Shown piece by piece: positions 50,774-59,559 of a stretch of 64,000 nucleotides of DNA. The stretch comes from Myxococcales bacterium (GTDB taxonomy: Bacteria; Myxococcota_A; Polyangia; Haliangiales; Haliangiaceae). The stretch spans positions 527,695 to 591,694 of the forward strand of contig JADJGV010000002.1 of the NCBI GenBank assembly GCA_016707895.1, read 5' to 3'. The notes under the pieces were generated by a model. It was given only the letters and a program-made list of their open reading frames with translations, had not been told where the DNA came from and searched no databases. Position numbers and translations under genes: made by a program. Within the stretch, counting starts at the first letter, position 1. Each line of letters starts with the position of its first letter.

Positions 50774-51091
50774 TCACCACGCGACCGGCCAGTCGATGGC
50801 CTCGAGCAGCCCGATCAGCTCGTCGCGCGTCGCGGTCTCGATCACGATCTCGCCGGTCGGCTGAGCCAGCGCGTGGTGATCCTCGGGCATCCAGCCGCGA
50901 CCTGCGGCCAGGGCGGCGGTGCGCGCGGCGTCGGCCTCTGCGTCGTCGACGACCAGCCGGCGCACGCGGAACCGATCGTCCTGCTCGACGATGGCGACGA
51001 ACGGATGGGGTGAGCCCATCCACAGGGGCAGCGTCCCCGCCCGCACGGCGGCGAGGGCACGCGCGCGACCGACCGGCGCGACAGGAGCCAT
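50774..51091 (-). CDS. Small hypothetical protein (~105 aa)
   Basis: In-frame ATG MAPVAPVGRA within ORF 50774..51196. Weak support. Confidence 0.3.
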   Translation of the reverse strand: MAPVAPVGRARALAAVRAGTLPLWMGSPHPFVAIVEQDDRFRVRRLVVDDAEADAARTAALAAGRGWMPEDHHALAQPTGEIVIETATRDELIGLLEAIDWPVAW

Positions 51092-51147
51092 GGCCAGACC
51101 TTCGCACGGATGCGCGCCCGATGATCGCTGCGTCGCGGCGCTGACGC

Positions 51148-51780
51148 TCAGACCCGCTCGTTGAAGCCGCGCCCGACGAGGATGTCTTCGGCGCACTTGT
51201 CGACCCGGCGCTCGCGGGTCGCCGGCTGCTTGGCGCCGGAGACGTGCAGGATGTGGCTGCGTCGGCGGCCCGGCGTCAGGGCGTCGAACGCGCGCCGCAG
51301 CTTCGGGTCGGCGGCCAGGCGCCGCGCGAGCTCGTCGGGCACCGGCTCGGCTTTGGTGCGGGGCGCCACCTCACCGCCCGCGCGCTCCAACGCGATCGCC
51401 AGGTCGATGAGGCGCTTGGCGGCCTGCTTGTGCTTCTTGACGTCCGCCAGCGAGCGCACCTTCAGCATGCGGACGGCCTGCGAGTTGGGCCCCGGGGCCT
51501 CGAGGAGCTCGTCGGGATCGTCGAGCGCGGCGCCCTTGAAGAACTGCAGCGCGCAGTGCTCCTTGAACGCGACCACCATCAGCACGTTCTTGCCGTCGAG
51601 CGTGTAGCAGGGGAAGCCCCACTTCATCTCCTCGACCAGGCCGTCGGCCAGCGCCAGCGCGCGCAGCGCCTCGAGCACCGCGGTCCACGCGTGCACCTTG
51701 CACGCCGGCGTCTGGAACCGCTCGCAGCGGCCGCAGCCGTCCTTGATGTACGACGCGAAGCTGGTGTTGTTCATCGCCAT
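51148..51780 (-). CDS. DUF1801/YdeI-OmpD-associated-like protein (tentative)
   Basis: Start MAMNNTSFASYIKDGCGRCERFQ. Two-part architecture consistent with the YdhG/YdeI family. Family call is tentative. Confidence 0.4.
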   Translation of the reverse strand: MAMNNTSFASYIKDGCGRCERFQTPACKVHAWTAVLEALRALALADGLVEEMKWGFPCYTLDGKNVLMVVAFKEHCALQFFKGAALDDPDELLEAPGPNSQAVRMLKVRSLADVKKHKQAAKRLIDLAIALERAGGEVAPRTKAEPVPDELARRLAADPKLRRAFDALTPGRRRSHILHVSGAKQPATRERRVDKCAEDILVGRGFNERV

Positions 51781-51907
51781 GCGCGCTGGCCAGCGTAGCG
51801 CAACGGCCGCCGCCGCGCGTTCAGGCCGCACGCGTACCGCGCGCTCGTCGACGGGACGGTCGTGGCCGAGCGCGAAGGCCACTGACCGCGTTCTTCTGAC
51901 GCCGCGA

Positions 51908-52411
51908 TCAGAACGCGCCGCCGATCGACAGCATGCGCGGGGTCGGCTCGTCGCTGGCGCGCGACAGGTAGGCGGCGTCGAAGATCTGCGCGACGACCAT
52001 GCCGGCGGCGACGCCGGCCAGCGCGCCGGGCCAGCAGCTCAGCTCCTCGTCGTCCTCCCCGCGCTGGCCGCTGTGCAGGCCGCAGCCGATCGCGGCGCCT
52101 ACCAGCGGCAGGCCGAGCCGCACGCCCAGGCTCTGGCCGGCGCGCGCCCACTTGCCGTAGGCGGCGTGGACGATCGGCGCGCCGAGCGCGTAGCCGACCA
52201 GACCGGCCGGCGCCGTGCGGGCGACGCCGAACACGTGGGCGGTGATCGCGACGTCCGAGACCAGGTCGATGGCGATCACCGGGGCGCGATCGGCGTCGTC
52301 GGCGTGCGCGAGCCGCGGCGCGCCGAGCGCCATGATCGCGATCACGAGCCCACGCGCAGACCTTCGGCGACGAGGTGTCGTTGCGGCGACCCACGGATCG
52401 TGCGCATGCAT
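51908..52411 (-). CDS. Small secreted/membrane Gly-Ala-rich protein, paralog A
   Basis: Signal-like N-terminus. Paralogous to 53100..53579 (YALGAPIVHAAYGKWARAG...IGCG... vs YAFGSPIVHAAHGRWGTAG...IGCG...). Both C-termini end ...SIGGAF / ...SYGVAF. Confidence 0.4.
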   Translation of the reverse strand: MHAHDPWVAATTPRRRRSARGLVIAIMALGAPRLAHADDADRAPVIAIDLVSDVAITAHVFGVARTAPAGLVGYALGAPIVHAAYGKWARAGQSLGVRLGLPLVGAAIGCGLHSGQRGEDDEELSCWPGALAGVAAGMVVAQIFDAAYLSRASDEPTPRMLSIGGAF

Positions 52412-52555
52412 CTCGCGCGCCGCGACGCCGACCGCGCGCGGATGCGGTGGCGCGCAGCGGTGTCGAGGTCTTGACGTCAGGGATCGCACGGCGCCCGACG
52501 CGTGTGCGGCCGCGCACGATTAGACCGGGCCGGTCGGCGGTCCGTATGCACGAGG

Positions 52556-53023
52556 GTGACCCGCCTCGCTGTACTGACGCTCCTCCTCTCGATCGCTGCG
52601 TGCGCGTCCTCCTCCCCGGCGCCGCGCGCGGCCGCACCGCCACCGCCGCTGGCCAGCGACGGCTCGTCGGGGATCGCCGGCACGGTCGCGATCCTCACCG
52701 GCGACCACATGCCGCCGATGCCGCCGGGCGCCGACGCGCCGACGCCGGCCGCGGGCGCGCCGGTCCACGTCTTGCGCGGCGCGCACGCGCTGATGGCGGT
52801 GATCGATCGCGGCAGCGCGGACTACGTGGGCATCGTCACGACCGATCGTGATGGGCGCTTTCGCGTGGCGCTGCCCGCGGGTACGTACACGGTGCTGACC
52901 GAGCACGCGGGCGCGCCGTACCTCAACTGCTTCAGCGGCGATGGCACCTGGTGCACGGTGACCGTGGCGGATGGTGCGTGGAGCGAGACCCAGATCGTCG
53001 ACTCGGCGGACGCGACCTTCTGA
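52556..53023 (+). CDS. Lipoprotein with carboxypeptidase-regulatory-like beta-sandwich domain
   Basis: GTG start VTRLAVLTLLLSIAACA (lipobox). Motif IVTTDRDGRFRVALPAGTYTV is typical of CarboxypepD_reg domains. Confidence 0.45.
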   Translation: MTRLAVLTLLLSIAACASSSPAPRAAAPPPPLASDGSSGIAGTVAILTGDHMPPMPPGADAPTPAAGAPVHVLRGAHALMAVIDRGSADYVGIVTTDRDGRFRVALPAGTYTVLTEHAGAPYLNCFSGDGTWCTVTVADGAWSETQIVDSADATF

Positions 53024-53099
53024 GGTCGGCGCTGTGCGAGGCGCCACGGCGGCGGGCCGCGCGACTTGCGGCACGGCCAGCGGTGCGCGATCGTCCCGC

Positions 53100-53579
53100 A
53101 TGGCTGGACGAGTCATCCTCGCGGGCGTCGCGGCGGCCGCGATCACGACGTCGGCCGCGCGGCCGGCGCGGGGCGAGGACGGCGAGACCTATCGCGGCAC
53201 GATGGCGATCGTCGACGTGACCAGCGTGGCGGTGATCGCGAGCGCGGCCGCGGGCGAGTCGGCGCCGGGGATCGCGATCGGGTTCGCGGGCTACGCGTTC
53301 GGCAGCCCGATCGTGCACGCGGCCCACGGGCGCTGGGGCACCGCCGGCCTCGCCTTCGGCCTGCGGGTCGGTGTGCCGGCGGTGGCGGCCCTGATCGGCT
53401 GTGGCGCCGGCAAGAGCGGCAAGCACGGCGGCATCGGCGACGCGTTCGGCTGCCTGGCCGGCGGCGCGCTGGCGTCCGGCGTGGCGGTGGTGGCCGGGGT
53501 GATCATCGACTACGCGGTGCTGGCGTCGGTCGACGACTCGCCGATGCCGATGATGTTGAGCTACGGCGTCGCCTTCTAG
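53100..53579 (+). CDS. Small secreted/membrane Gly-Ala-rich protein, paralog B
   Basis: See paralog A. Start MAGRVILAGVAAAAITTSAA. Confidence 0.4.
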   Translation: MAGRVILAGVAAAAITTSAARPARGEDGETYRGTMAIVDVTSVAVIASAAAGESAPGIAIGFAGYAFGSPIVHAAHGRWGTAGLAFGLRVGVPAVAALIGCGAGKSGKHGGIGDAFGCLAGGALASGVAVVAGVIIDYAVLASVDDSPMPMMLSYGVAF

Positions 53580-53590
53580 CCGGCGGCGGG

Positions 53591-54370
53591 CTAGCTCTTG
53601 CAGCGACGCGCGAGCAAGCCGGTGGCGAGCGCGAGGTCGAGGTCGGCGACGAGCAAGCCGGCCTCGCCGTAGGGCTGGTAGGCGAGCAGGGTGCCGTCGG
53701 GGTTGGCGATCGCCGAGGTCGTCGCCGAGCCCGCGCTGGCGTAGTTGACGCTCGCGAAGTAGCAGGTGTTCTCGGCCGCGCGGCACAGCACGGCCTTCTC
53801 GTGGAAGGTGTTGGCCGGATCGGCGAACGTCGTCGGGCGATACCCGCCGGGCTCGGCGGGATGGTAGTGCGGGTGGAACACCACGTGGGCGCCGCGCCGC
53901 GCCGCGAAGCGCACGGTCTCGGGGTAGCGCCAGCCCTCGTGGCAGATCACCACGCCGAACGCGAGGTCGTCGGTCTGGAACACCTGGCGCTCGTGGCCGG
54001 GCGCGTAGGTGTCGTCCTCGCTCGGATCGAGCTGCACCTTGTCCTGGAAGCCGAGGCGCGCGCCGCGCGCGTCGATCACCAGCGCCGTCGGCACCACCGC
54101 GCCGTCGACGAGGCGCTCGGTGCCGAGCACGATCGCGATCTCCGCGGCGGCGGCTGCCCGGGCGATCGTGTCCCACGCGCGCTCGAGGAACGCGGCGTCG
54201 GGGGCGGGCGGCGCGTGGCCGAGCCCGCGGTATCCGGGCACGTAGCATTCGGGGAAGCACACGACCCGCGCACCGGCGCGGCCCGCGCTGGCGACGGCGT
54301 CGACGGCGAGCGCGATCGACTGATCGGGTGACCCGGGATACGGCAGGTTGGCGAGCGCGATCCGCACCAT
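53591..54370 (-). CDS. Carbon-nitrogen hydrolase (nitrilase superfamily)
   Basis: E-K-C triad context: VVCFPECYVPGY (Glu), a conserved Lys region, and VVICHEGWRYPE (Cys). 259 aa. Confidence 0.8.
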   Translation of the reverse strand: MVRIALANLPYPGSPDQSIALAVDAVASAGRAGARVVCFPECYVPGYRGLGHAPPAPDAAFLERAWDTIARAAAAAEIAIVLGTERLVDGAVVPTALVIDARGARLGFQDKVQLDPSEDDTYAPGHERQVFQTDDLAFGVVICHEGWRYPETVRFAARRGAHVVFHPHYHPAEPGGYRPTTFADPANTFHEKAVLCRAAENTCYFASVNYASAGSATTSAIANPDGTLLAYQPYGEAGLLVADLDLALATGLLARRCKS

Positions 54371-54400
54371 CGCTGGAGTCTAGAGCGGATCCGGCGCCCC

Positions 54401-55156
54401 TCAGCGATCGCGGCAACAGCGGAAGCCGATCTCGTAGAAGCGGAACGTGTCGCCGTGGACCAGGACGTTGCTCTGGCAGGTCCGGGCCTCGGCCCAGTAG
54501 CGGCCCTTGAGGTTGCCGTGGAACTGCGGCTGGCCGCCGTCGCGGCGCCGGGTCCACTCCTCGACGTCGCCGACCAGATCGTAGACGCCGGCGGGGCCGA
54601 CGCAGCCGGCCCGCGCGCCACCGCCGCTGCCCTGGTACAGCACGTCGACGTGATCGGCGGCGGCGGCGGCGGTCGGCGACACGGCTCGCGCCGCCGTCAG
54701 CAGCGCGGCCAGCGAGTCGATCGTCGGGCTCGACGCCGCGGCCGGCCAGCCGTTCAGCAGCGACTGGGTGTACGCGCGCCAGGTCGCGTCGTCGTTGCAC
54801 GCGCCCGGCACCCGCGTCGCGCCGTACGGGTACGCCAGGCCGTCGGGGCCGGCGCACGCGGCCTGCCACTCGTCGTCGAAGCACAGCCGGCGACCGCGCG
54901 CCGCGCACCACGCCTCGGCCTCGACGAACGTGTACATCACCAGCGGCAGCGCGCCGGCGCGGTTGGGCGCCTCGTAGCGATCCATGCACGCGGCGCCGAC
55001 CTCGACCATGTCGGCCGGGCAGGCGGGGGCGTCGAGCGATGCCCCGTCGGGCGGCCCGTCGACCGACGCGTCGGGCGGCCCGTCGCTCGCGCCGCCGCAC
55101 GCGCCCAGCGCGACCATCGCGGCGGCGATCGCGGTCAGCGGGACGGTCGCGTGCAT
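54401..55156 (-). CDS. Formylglycine-generating-enzyme (FGE/SUMF1) family domain lipoprotein
   Basis: Start MHATVPLTAIAAAMVALGACG. Motifs VYDLVGDVEEWT, NLKGRYWAEA and FYEIGFRCCRD match the FGE-sulfatase domain. Confidence 0.7.
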   Translation of the reverse strand: MHATVPLTAIAAAMVALGACGGASDGPPDASVDGPPDGASLDAPACPADMVEVGAACMDRYEAPNRAGALPLVMYTFVEAEAWCAARGRRLCFDDEWQAACAGPDGLAYPYGATRVPGACNDDATWRAYTQSLLNGWPAAASSPTIDSLAALLTAARAVSPTAAAAADHVDVLYQGSGGGARAGCVGPAGVYDLVGDVEEWTRRRDGGQPQFHGNLKGRYWAEARTCQSNVLVHGDTFRFYEIGFRCCRDR

Positions 55157-55230
55157 CGGGTGATTGTACGCGCGCCGCCGCGCCGCGCGCGCCGCTTGCG
55201 CCGTCGGTGCGCGCGTGGTCACGTCGTGGC

Positions 55231-56025
55231 GTGCGCCTGGCGTGGCTGACCGACATCCACCTCGACTTCGTGACGCCGGCCGAGGTCGCCGCGCTGGCGC
55301 AGGCGATCGACGCCCGCGGCGCCGACGGCGTGATCGTGACCGGCGACATCGCGACCGGCCCGACGGTGGTCGCGCAGCTCGAGGCGCTGGCCGCCCCGCT
55401 GGCCCGCCCGGTGTGGTTCGTGCTCGGCAACCACGACTTCTACGGCGCGTCGATCGCGTCGGTCCGCGCCGAGGCCCGCGCGCTCACCGCGCGGCACACG
55501 CACCTGCGCTGGCTGCCCGCCGCCGGCGTGGTCCGGCTCGACGCGGCGACCGCGCTGATCGGCCACGACGGCTGGGGCGACGGCCGCCTCGGCGATCTCG
55601 CGGGCACGCGCGTGTTCCTCAGCGACTTCGTCTACATCGCCGAGCTGGCCGGGCTGGCGCAGGCCGCCTGGGCGCCGGTGCTGGGCGCGCTGGGCGACGA
55701 GGCGGCGGCGGCGCTGGCGCCGGCGCTGGCCGAGGCCCTGACCTGGGCGCGGCACGTCGTGGTCGCGACCCACGTGCCGCCGTTCCGCGACGCGTGCTGG
55801 CACGAGGGCGCGATCTCCGACGACGACTGGCTGCCGTTCTTCACCTGCGCGGCGGTCGGCGAGGTGCTGCGCGCGGCGATGATCGCGCGCCCCGACGCGC
55901 GCGTGACCGTGCTGTGCGGCCACACCCACGGCGCCGGCGCCGTCGACGTGCTGCCCAACCTGCGGGTCGTCACCGGCGGCGCCGACTACGGCGCGCCGGC
56001 GCTGCAGGACGTGCTCGTCCTGTAA
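55231..56025 (+). CDS. Metallophosphoesterase (calcineurin-like)
   Basis: GTG start VRLAWLTDIHLD. Metal-binding motifs: DIH, GDIATG, GNHD, and GHTH near the C-terminus. Confidence 0.7.
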   Translation: MRLAWLTDIHLDFVTPAEVAALAQAIDARGADGVIVTGDIATGPTVVAQLEALAAPLARPVWFVLGNHDFYGASIASVRAEARALTARHTHLRWLPAAGVVRLDAATALIGHDGWGDGRLGDLAGTRVFLSDFVYIAELAGLAQAAWAPVLGALGDEAAAALAPALAEALTWARHVVVATHVPPFRDACWHEGAISDDDWLPFFTCAAVGEVLRAAMIARPDARVTVLCGHTHGAGAVDVLPNLRVVTGGADYGAPALQDVLVL

Positions 56026-56114
56026 GTGCCCGCGATGATGGGTGGTGTCCGGAGCACGGCTCTTTTTCTTCCGAACGCTGTCACATCGTGCGCGGCGCGC
56101 GCGCTACCTCCACG

Positions 56115-56756
56115 ATGACGCTCTCGAACTCGAAGCACGGCTTCCTCCTCTTCACCGCGGGGCTGGTCGGCTGCGCCGCGGGCGCCGCGCGCCCGCACGT
56201 GCAGCCGGTGCCGGCGCTCTCGGTGGTGGCGCCCACGACCGTCGCGCCTGCGGCGGCGGACCAACGCGAGCACTTCGACGAGCTGTGGTTCGTCCCGCCG
56301 GCGGGCTGGAGCCGCATCGACGCCACCAACGCGCAGCACGCGATCTACATGCAGTTCGACCTCGGCACGCGCGAGCACAAGATCCCGGGCTTCTGCATGT
56401 TGCGGGTGTCGCGCACGCAAGCCGCACGCGGTGAGGTGGGCGAGGAGCTGGCCCGCGAGTGGGCCCGGGTGATCGTCGATGGTGGGAAGCAACCCGTGCC
56501 GATGATCCCGTCGACGAACACGCTCGTCATCGCCGGCTGGACCCTGGCGGCCGGCATCGGCGAGTATCAAGGCGTCGCCGCGCCGCAGGTCTCGGTCATG
56601 ATCGCCTACCAGCGGGGCAACCGGGTCGCGTTTGGCCAGGTGGACAGCGTCGTCGGGACGACCTGCCGGGCCGAGGGCGAACGCGCGCTCGCGACGATCG
56701 GTCCGCAGGCACCGGCGGCGGAGCAGCGCCCCGTCACGGCGACGGCGACGCCGTGA
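56115..56756 (+). CDS. Hypothetical lipoprotein
   Basis: MTLSNSKHGFLLFTAGLVGCAAG is a lipobox signal. 213 aa. Confidence 0.4.
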   Translation: MTLSNSKHGFLLFTAGLVGCAAGAARPHVQPVPALSVVAPTTVAPAAADQREHFDELWFVPPAGWSRIDATNAQHAIYMQFDLGTREHKIPGFCMLRVSRTQAARGEVGEELAREWARVIVDGGKQPVPMIPSTNTLVIAGWTLAAGIGEYQGVAAPQVSVMIAYQRGNRVAFGQVDSVVGTTCRAEGERALATIGPQAPAAEQRPVTATATP

Positions 56757-57465
56757 GCGTCGCCAGGTCGGCGGTGGCGGCCTTGGCCATCAGGCGTCCG
56801 CGCGCGCCGATCGACGCGGCGTAAGCCAGCGTGCGGCGGAGGTGGCGCCTCACCGCGGCCTGGTCGCCGCGGTTGTGCGCCACCCAGGCGAGCTGGTAGT
56901 GCGCGAAGCCCCGGACCTCGAGCCCGGCCGAGGCGTGCGTGGCCGCCGCGGTGAACGCGCCGGTCGCGGCGTCGAGCTCCCCCGCGGCGAACGCCCGCTC
57001 GCCGATCCGGAGCTCCGCGTCGGCGGCCAGCGGGCAGCCTGGGCACGCGGCGATCAGCGCCGCCGCGTCGTCGGCGGCGGCGGCCGCGTCGCCGAGCCAG
57101 GCGTGGGCGCTCATGCGGAGCTGCAGCGCCCGCGCTCGCCGATGCGGCGGCGCGCTCGGCGGGGGCAGCTCCACCGCGGTGGCCGCGCGCCACGCCTCGG
57201 CGGCCCGCCGCCGCGCGGTCGCGGCGGCGACAGGATCCCGCGCCTGGTCCGCCACGGCCGCGGCGAGCCCCTGGTCGCGGCCCACGATCATCCACCGCTC
57301 GGCCTCCTCGACGCGATCGCGCGGCGGCCGCCCCGGCGCGACCGCCGGCAGCGTCACGATCGTGATCAGCGACGCGTCGGGGCGCTTGAGGGCAGCCGGC
57401 TGGGCGACGGCGCCACCGCTCTCGATCGCGACGAACCCCAGGACGACCGCGACGGCGGGGCGCAT
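56734..57465 (-). CDS. Secreted TPR-like hypothetical protein
   Basis: Signal peptide MRPAVAVVLGFVAIESGGAVA. Helical repeat composition. Confidence 0.4.
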   Translation of the reverse strand: MRPAVAVVLGFVAIESGGAVAQPAALKRPDASLITIVTLPAVAPGRPPRDRVEEAERWMIVGRDQGLAAAVADQARDPVAAATARRRAAEAWRAATAVELPPPSAPPHRRARALQLRMSAHAWLGDAAAAADDAAALIAACPGCPLAADAELRIGERAFAAGELDAATGAFTAAATHASAGLEVRGFAHYQLAWVAHNRGDQAAVRRHLRRTLAYAASIGARGRLMAKAATADLATLTASPSP

Positions 57466-57511
57466 GGCGATTCGACACCGCCGAGGGCCCGCGGTTTCAC
57501 GTCGTGCGCGC

Positions 57512-57970
57512 TCACGCGGCGCGGGCGGCGCGCAGGTGCGCCACCAGGTTGTCGAGCGTCTTGGCGGTGCCGACGTCGACGCCGTGCTGCAGGAACTGGG
57601 CGAGGTGCTCGGCCGACGCGCAGCGGATCGTGACCCGCATGTGGGTCGCGCCGTCGCGTGCGGTGAGGCTGACGGTGCCGGCGGCGCCGAGCGCGTCGAA
57701 CTCGAGCCGCGCCGGCCGCTCGATGACGCGGTAGGTACCGGCGAACGGCGGGCTGTGGGCCTGGTTGACGAACTCGAACGCGCCGCCCGGGCGCAGGTCG
57801 ACGCGGCACGACGCGAGCGGCGTGCCGGTCGGATCCCACCAGCGCGTCAGGTGGGCGGGCTGGGTCCAGGCGTCGAAGACGTCCTCGGGCGGCGCCACGA
57901 ACGTGCGCTCGAAGGTGATCGTGAACGTCTGGTGGTCGATCGTGGTGCCGGTCGCGGCGGGCGGGATCAT
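57512..57970 (-). CDS. SRPBCC/AHSA1 (activator of Hsp90 ATPase homolog 1-like) domain protein
   Basis: Start MIPPAATGTTIDHQ. Motifs ...PEDVFDAWTQPAHLTRWW... and the C-terminal pattern are typical of AHSA1-like proteins that follow ArsR regulators. Confidence 0.6.
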   Translation of the reverse strand: MIPPAATGTTIDHQTFTITFERTFVAPPEDVFDAWTQPAHLTRWWDPTGTPLASCRVDLRPGGAFEFVNQAHSPPFAGTYRVIERPARLEFDALGAAGTVSLTARDGATHMRVTIRCASAEHLAQFLQHGVDVGTAKTLDNLVAHLRAARAA

Positions 57971-58323
57971 GGGCGCTCCTTCTTGGTCGTGCGCTTGGTC
58001 ATCGTGGCGAGGTGGCCCTCGAGATTGTCGAAGCGGCGCTCCCACTGCTCGCGGAACGGCCGCAGCCAGGCGTCGATGTCCTGGAGCGAGCCGCCGACGA
58101 CGAGCTCGCGGGGGCGGCGCTGCGCGTCCTTGCCCTGCCGGATCAGGCCGGCCTCCTCGAGGATGCGCAGGTGCTTGGAGATCGTGGGCTGGCGCAGCCC
58201 GAACGGCTGGCCCAGCTCGGTGACGGTCGCCGGGCCGCTGGCGAGCCGCGCGAGGATGGCGCGCCGCGTGGGATCGGCCAGCGCCGCGAACGTCCGGTCG
58301 AGGGTGGCTGCTTGCATCGCCAA
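57967..58323 (-). CDS. ArsR/SmtB-family transcriptional regulator
   Basis: wHTH AALADPTRRAILARLASGPATVTELGQPFGLRQPTISKHLRILEEAGLI. Four-nt overlap with the downstream AHSA1-like gene. Confidence 0.85.
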   Translation of the reverse strand: MAMQAATLDRTFAALADPTRRAILARLASGPATVTELGQPFGLRQPTISKHLRILEEAGLIRQGKDAQRRPRELVVGGSLQDIDAWLRPFREQWERRFDNLEGHLATMTKRTTKKERP

Positions 58324-58380
58324 AATGTAATATAGCCGATGGGCTATATTGTCAAGCGCCGATCGCCGCGCGGCTGCGCG

Positions 58381-58791
58381 TCACGGGCTGGTCGGCGGCG
58401 CGATCGGGCGCGCCACGCCGGGCGTCTCCTCGAACGTGCCGTGCCACATCAGCAGCGGCGTCCAGCCACCAGCGAGCGCCGCCAGCGCCACCGCGACGGT
58501 CCGCGCGGCCGGCGTCGCGGTCCAGTCGTCGGCCGCGGGAGCGGCGCCGTGCTCGCCGTGCTCGTCGTGCTCGGCCCACGGGTTGCCGGTGGGCTCGCGG
58601 TTCGGATCGGCCACCGGATCGGCGTCGACGCGCCGCCGCCGCCAGTCGTCCCGGGCGACGCCGGCGCCGAAGTGGTGCGTGACGCACGCGGCGACGGTCA
58701 CCGCCAGACACAACCCGAGGACGCGCACCGATGGTCCGACTCGGCGCGCGCGCGATGGGTTGCCGGCTGCGCCGGCCGCGCGATCTCCCAC
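58381..58791 (-). CDS. Possible small His-rich membrane protein (very tentative)
   Basis: Two hydrophobic segments flank an HDEHGEHG loop. Co-oriented upstream of the ArsR gene. The ORF may be a GC artefact. Confidence 0.2.
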   Translation of the reverse strand: MGDRAAGAAGNPSRARRVGPSVRVLGLCLAVTVAACVTHHFGAGVARDDWRRRRVDADPVADPNREPTGNPWAEHDEHGEHGAAPAADDWTATPAARTVAVALAALAGGWTPLLMWHGTFEETPGVARPIAPPTSP

Positions 58792-58907
58792 GTGGGATGC
58801 CGGCGGCGCCGGCCGCGCGATCTCCCACGTGGGATGCCGGCGGCGCCAGCCGCGCGATCTCCCACGTGGGACGCCGGCTGCGCCGTCGCGCGATCTCCCA
58901 CGTGGAA
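58761..58907. promoter_or_regulatory. 4x tandem 37-bp repeat, each carrying perfect 12-bp palindrome TCCCACGTGGGA (last copy TCCCACGTGGAA), in the divergent promoter region
   Basis: TGCCGGCGGCGCCGGCCGCGCGATCTCCCACGTGGGA units are directly tandem. They lie about 95-240 bp upstream of the + strand oxidoreductase gene and upstream of the - strand ArsR locus. Confidence 0.55.
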
Positions 58908-59000
58908 TGCCGCCCGCGCGATCGCGCGCCTTCGCCGCGCGTCGATCCGCCGCGCGGAATGGGGCTTGCGGCGCCCTCGCATCGGCGCAAGCTCCGGGGC

Positions 59001-59555
59001 ATGGACGCGGCGCATCGGTTCCTGTTCGTCCTCGGCAGCACCCGGGTCGGCGGCAACAGCGAGCGGCTCGCGAGGGCCGCCGCCACGCACCTGCCGCCCG
59101 GCGCGACCGCGCGGTGGGAGCGGCTCATCGACGATCCGCTGCCGCCGTTCTTCGACACCCGACACACGACTGGCTACGCAGCGCCCGGCGGCGCGGGGCT
59201 GCGCTGGGTCGAGGCGACCCTGGCGGCGACCGACCTGGTCATCGTGACGCCGGTCAACTGGTACAGCGTGGCCTGGCCAGTGAAGCTGTACCTCGATCAC
59301 ATGAGCGGGTGGATGCGGGTGCCGGAGCTGGCGTTCGCCAAGACGATGGCCGGCCGCTCGCTGTGGGCGGTGGTGGTGGACTCCGACGACGAGGCCGCGG
59401 GCACCGCGGCGCCGGTGGTCGACGCGCTGCGCCGGACCGCGGACTACCTCGACATGCGCTGGCGCGGCGCGCTGCTGGGCCACGCGAACCGCCCCGGCGA
59501 GATCGCCGCCGACCAGGCCGCGTTGGCCGCGGCCACGACGTTCTTCGCGGCGTGA
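59001..59555 (+). CDS. NAD(P)H-dependent FMN reductase-like flavodoxin-fold oxidoreductase
   Basis: Start MDAAHRFLFVLGSTRVGGNSERLA is characteristic of the NADPH-dependent FMN reductase family. 184 aa. Confidence 0.6.
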   Translation: MDAAHRFLFVLGSTRVGGNSERLARAAATHLPPGATARWERLIDDPLPPFFDTRHTTGYAAPGGAGLRWVEATLAATDLVIVTPVNWYSVAWPVKLYLDHMSGWMRVPELAFAKTMAGRSLWAVVVDSDDEAAGTAAPVVDALRRTADYLDMRWRGALLGHANRPGEIAADQAALAAATTFFAA

Positions 59556-59559
59556 ACGA

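Noticed and set aside
55164-56756. 530-aa ORF
   Set aside because: The N-terminal part is the alternate frame of the metallophosphoesterase gene. Only the C-terminal 213 aa (lipoprotein from MTLSNSKHG) are retained.
58761-58907. Possible CRISPR array
   Set aside because: The repeats are contiguous 37-bp units with no unique spacers and no cas genes nearby. They are interpreted as a regulatory tandem repeat.
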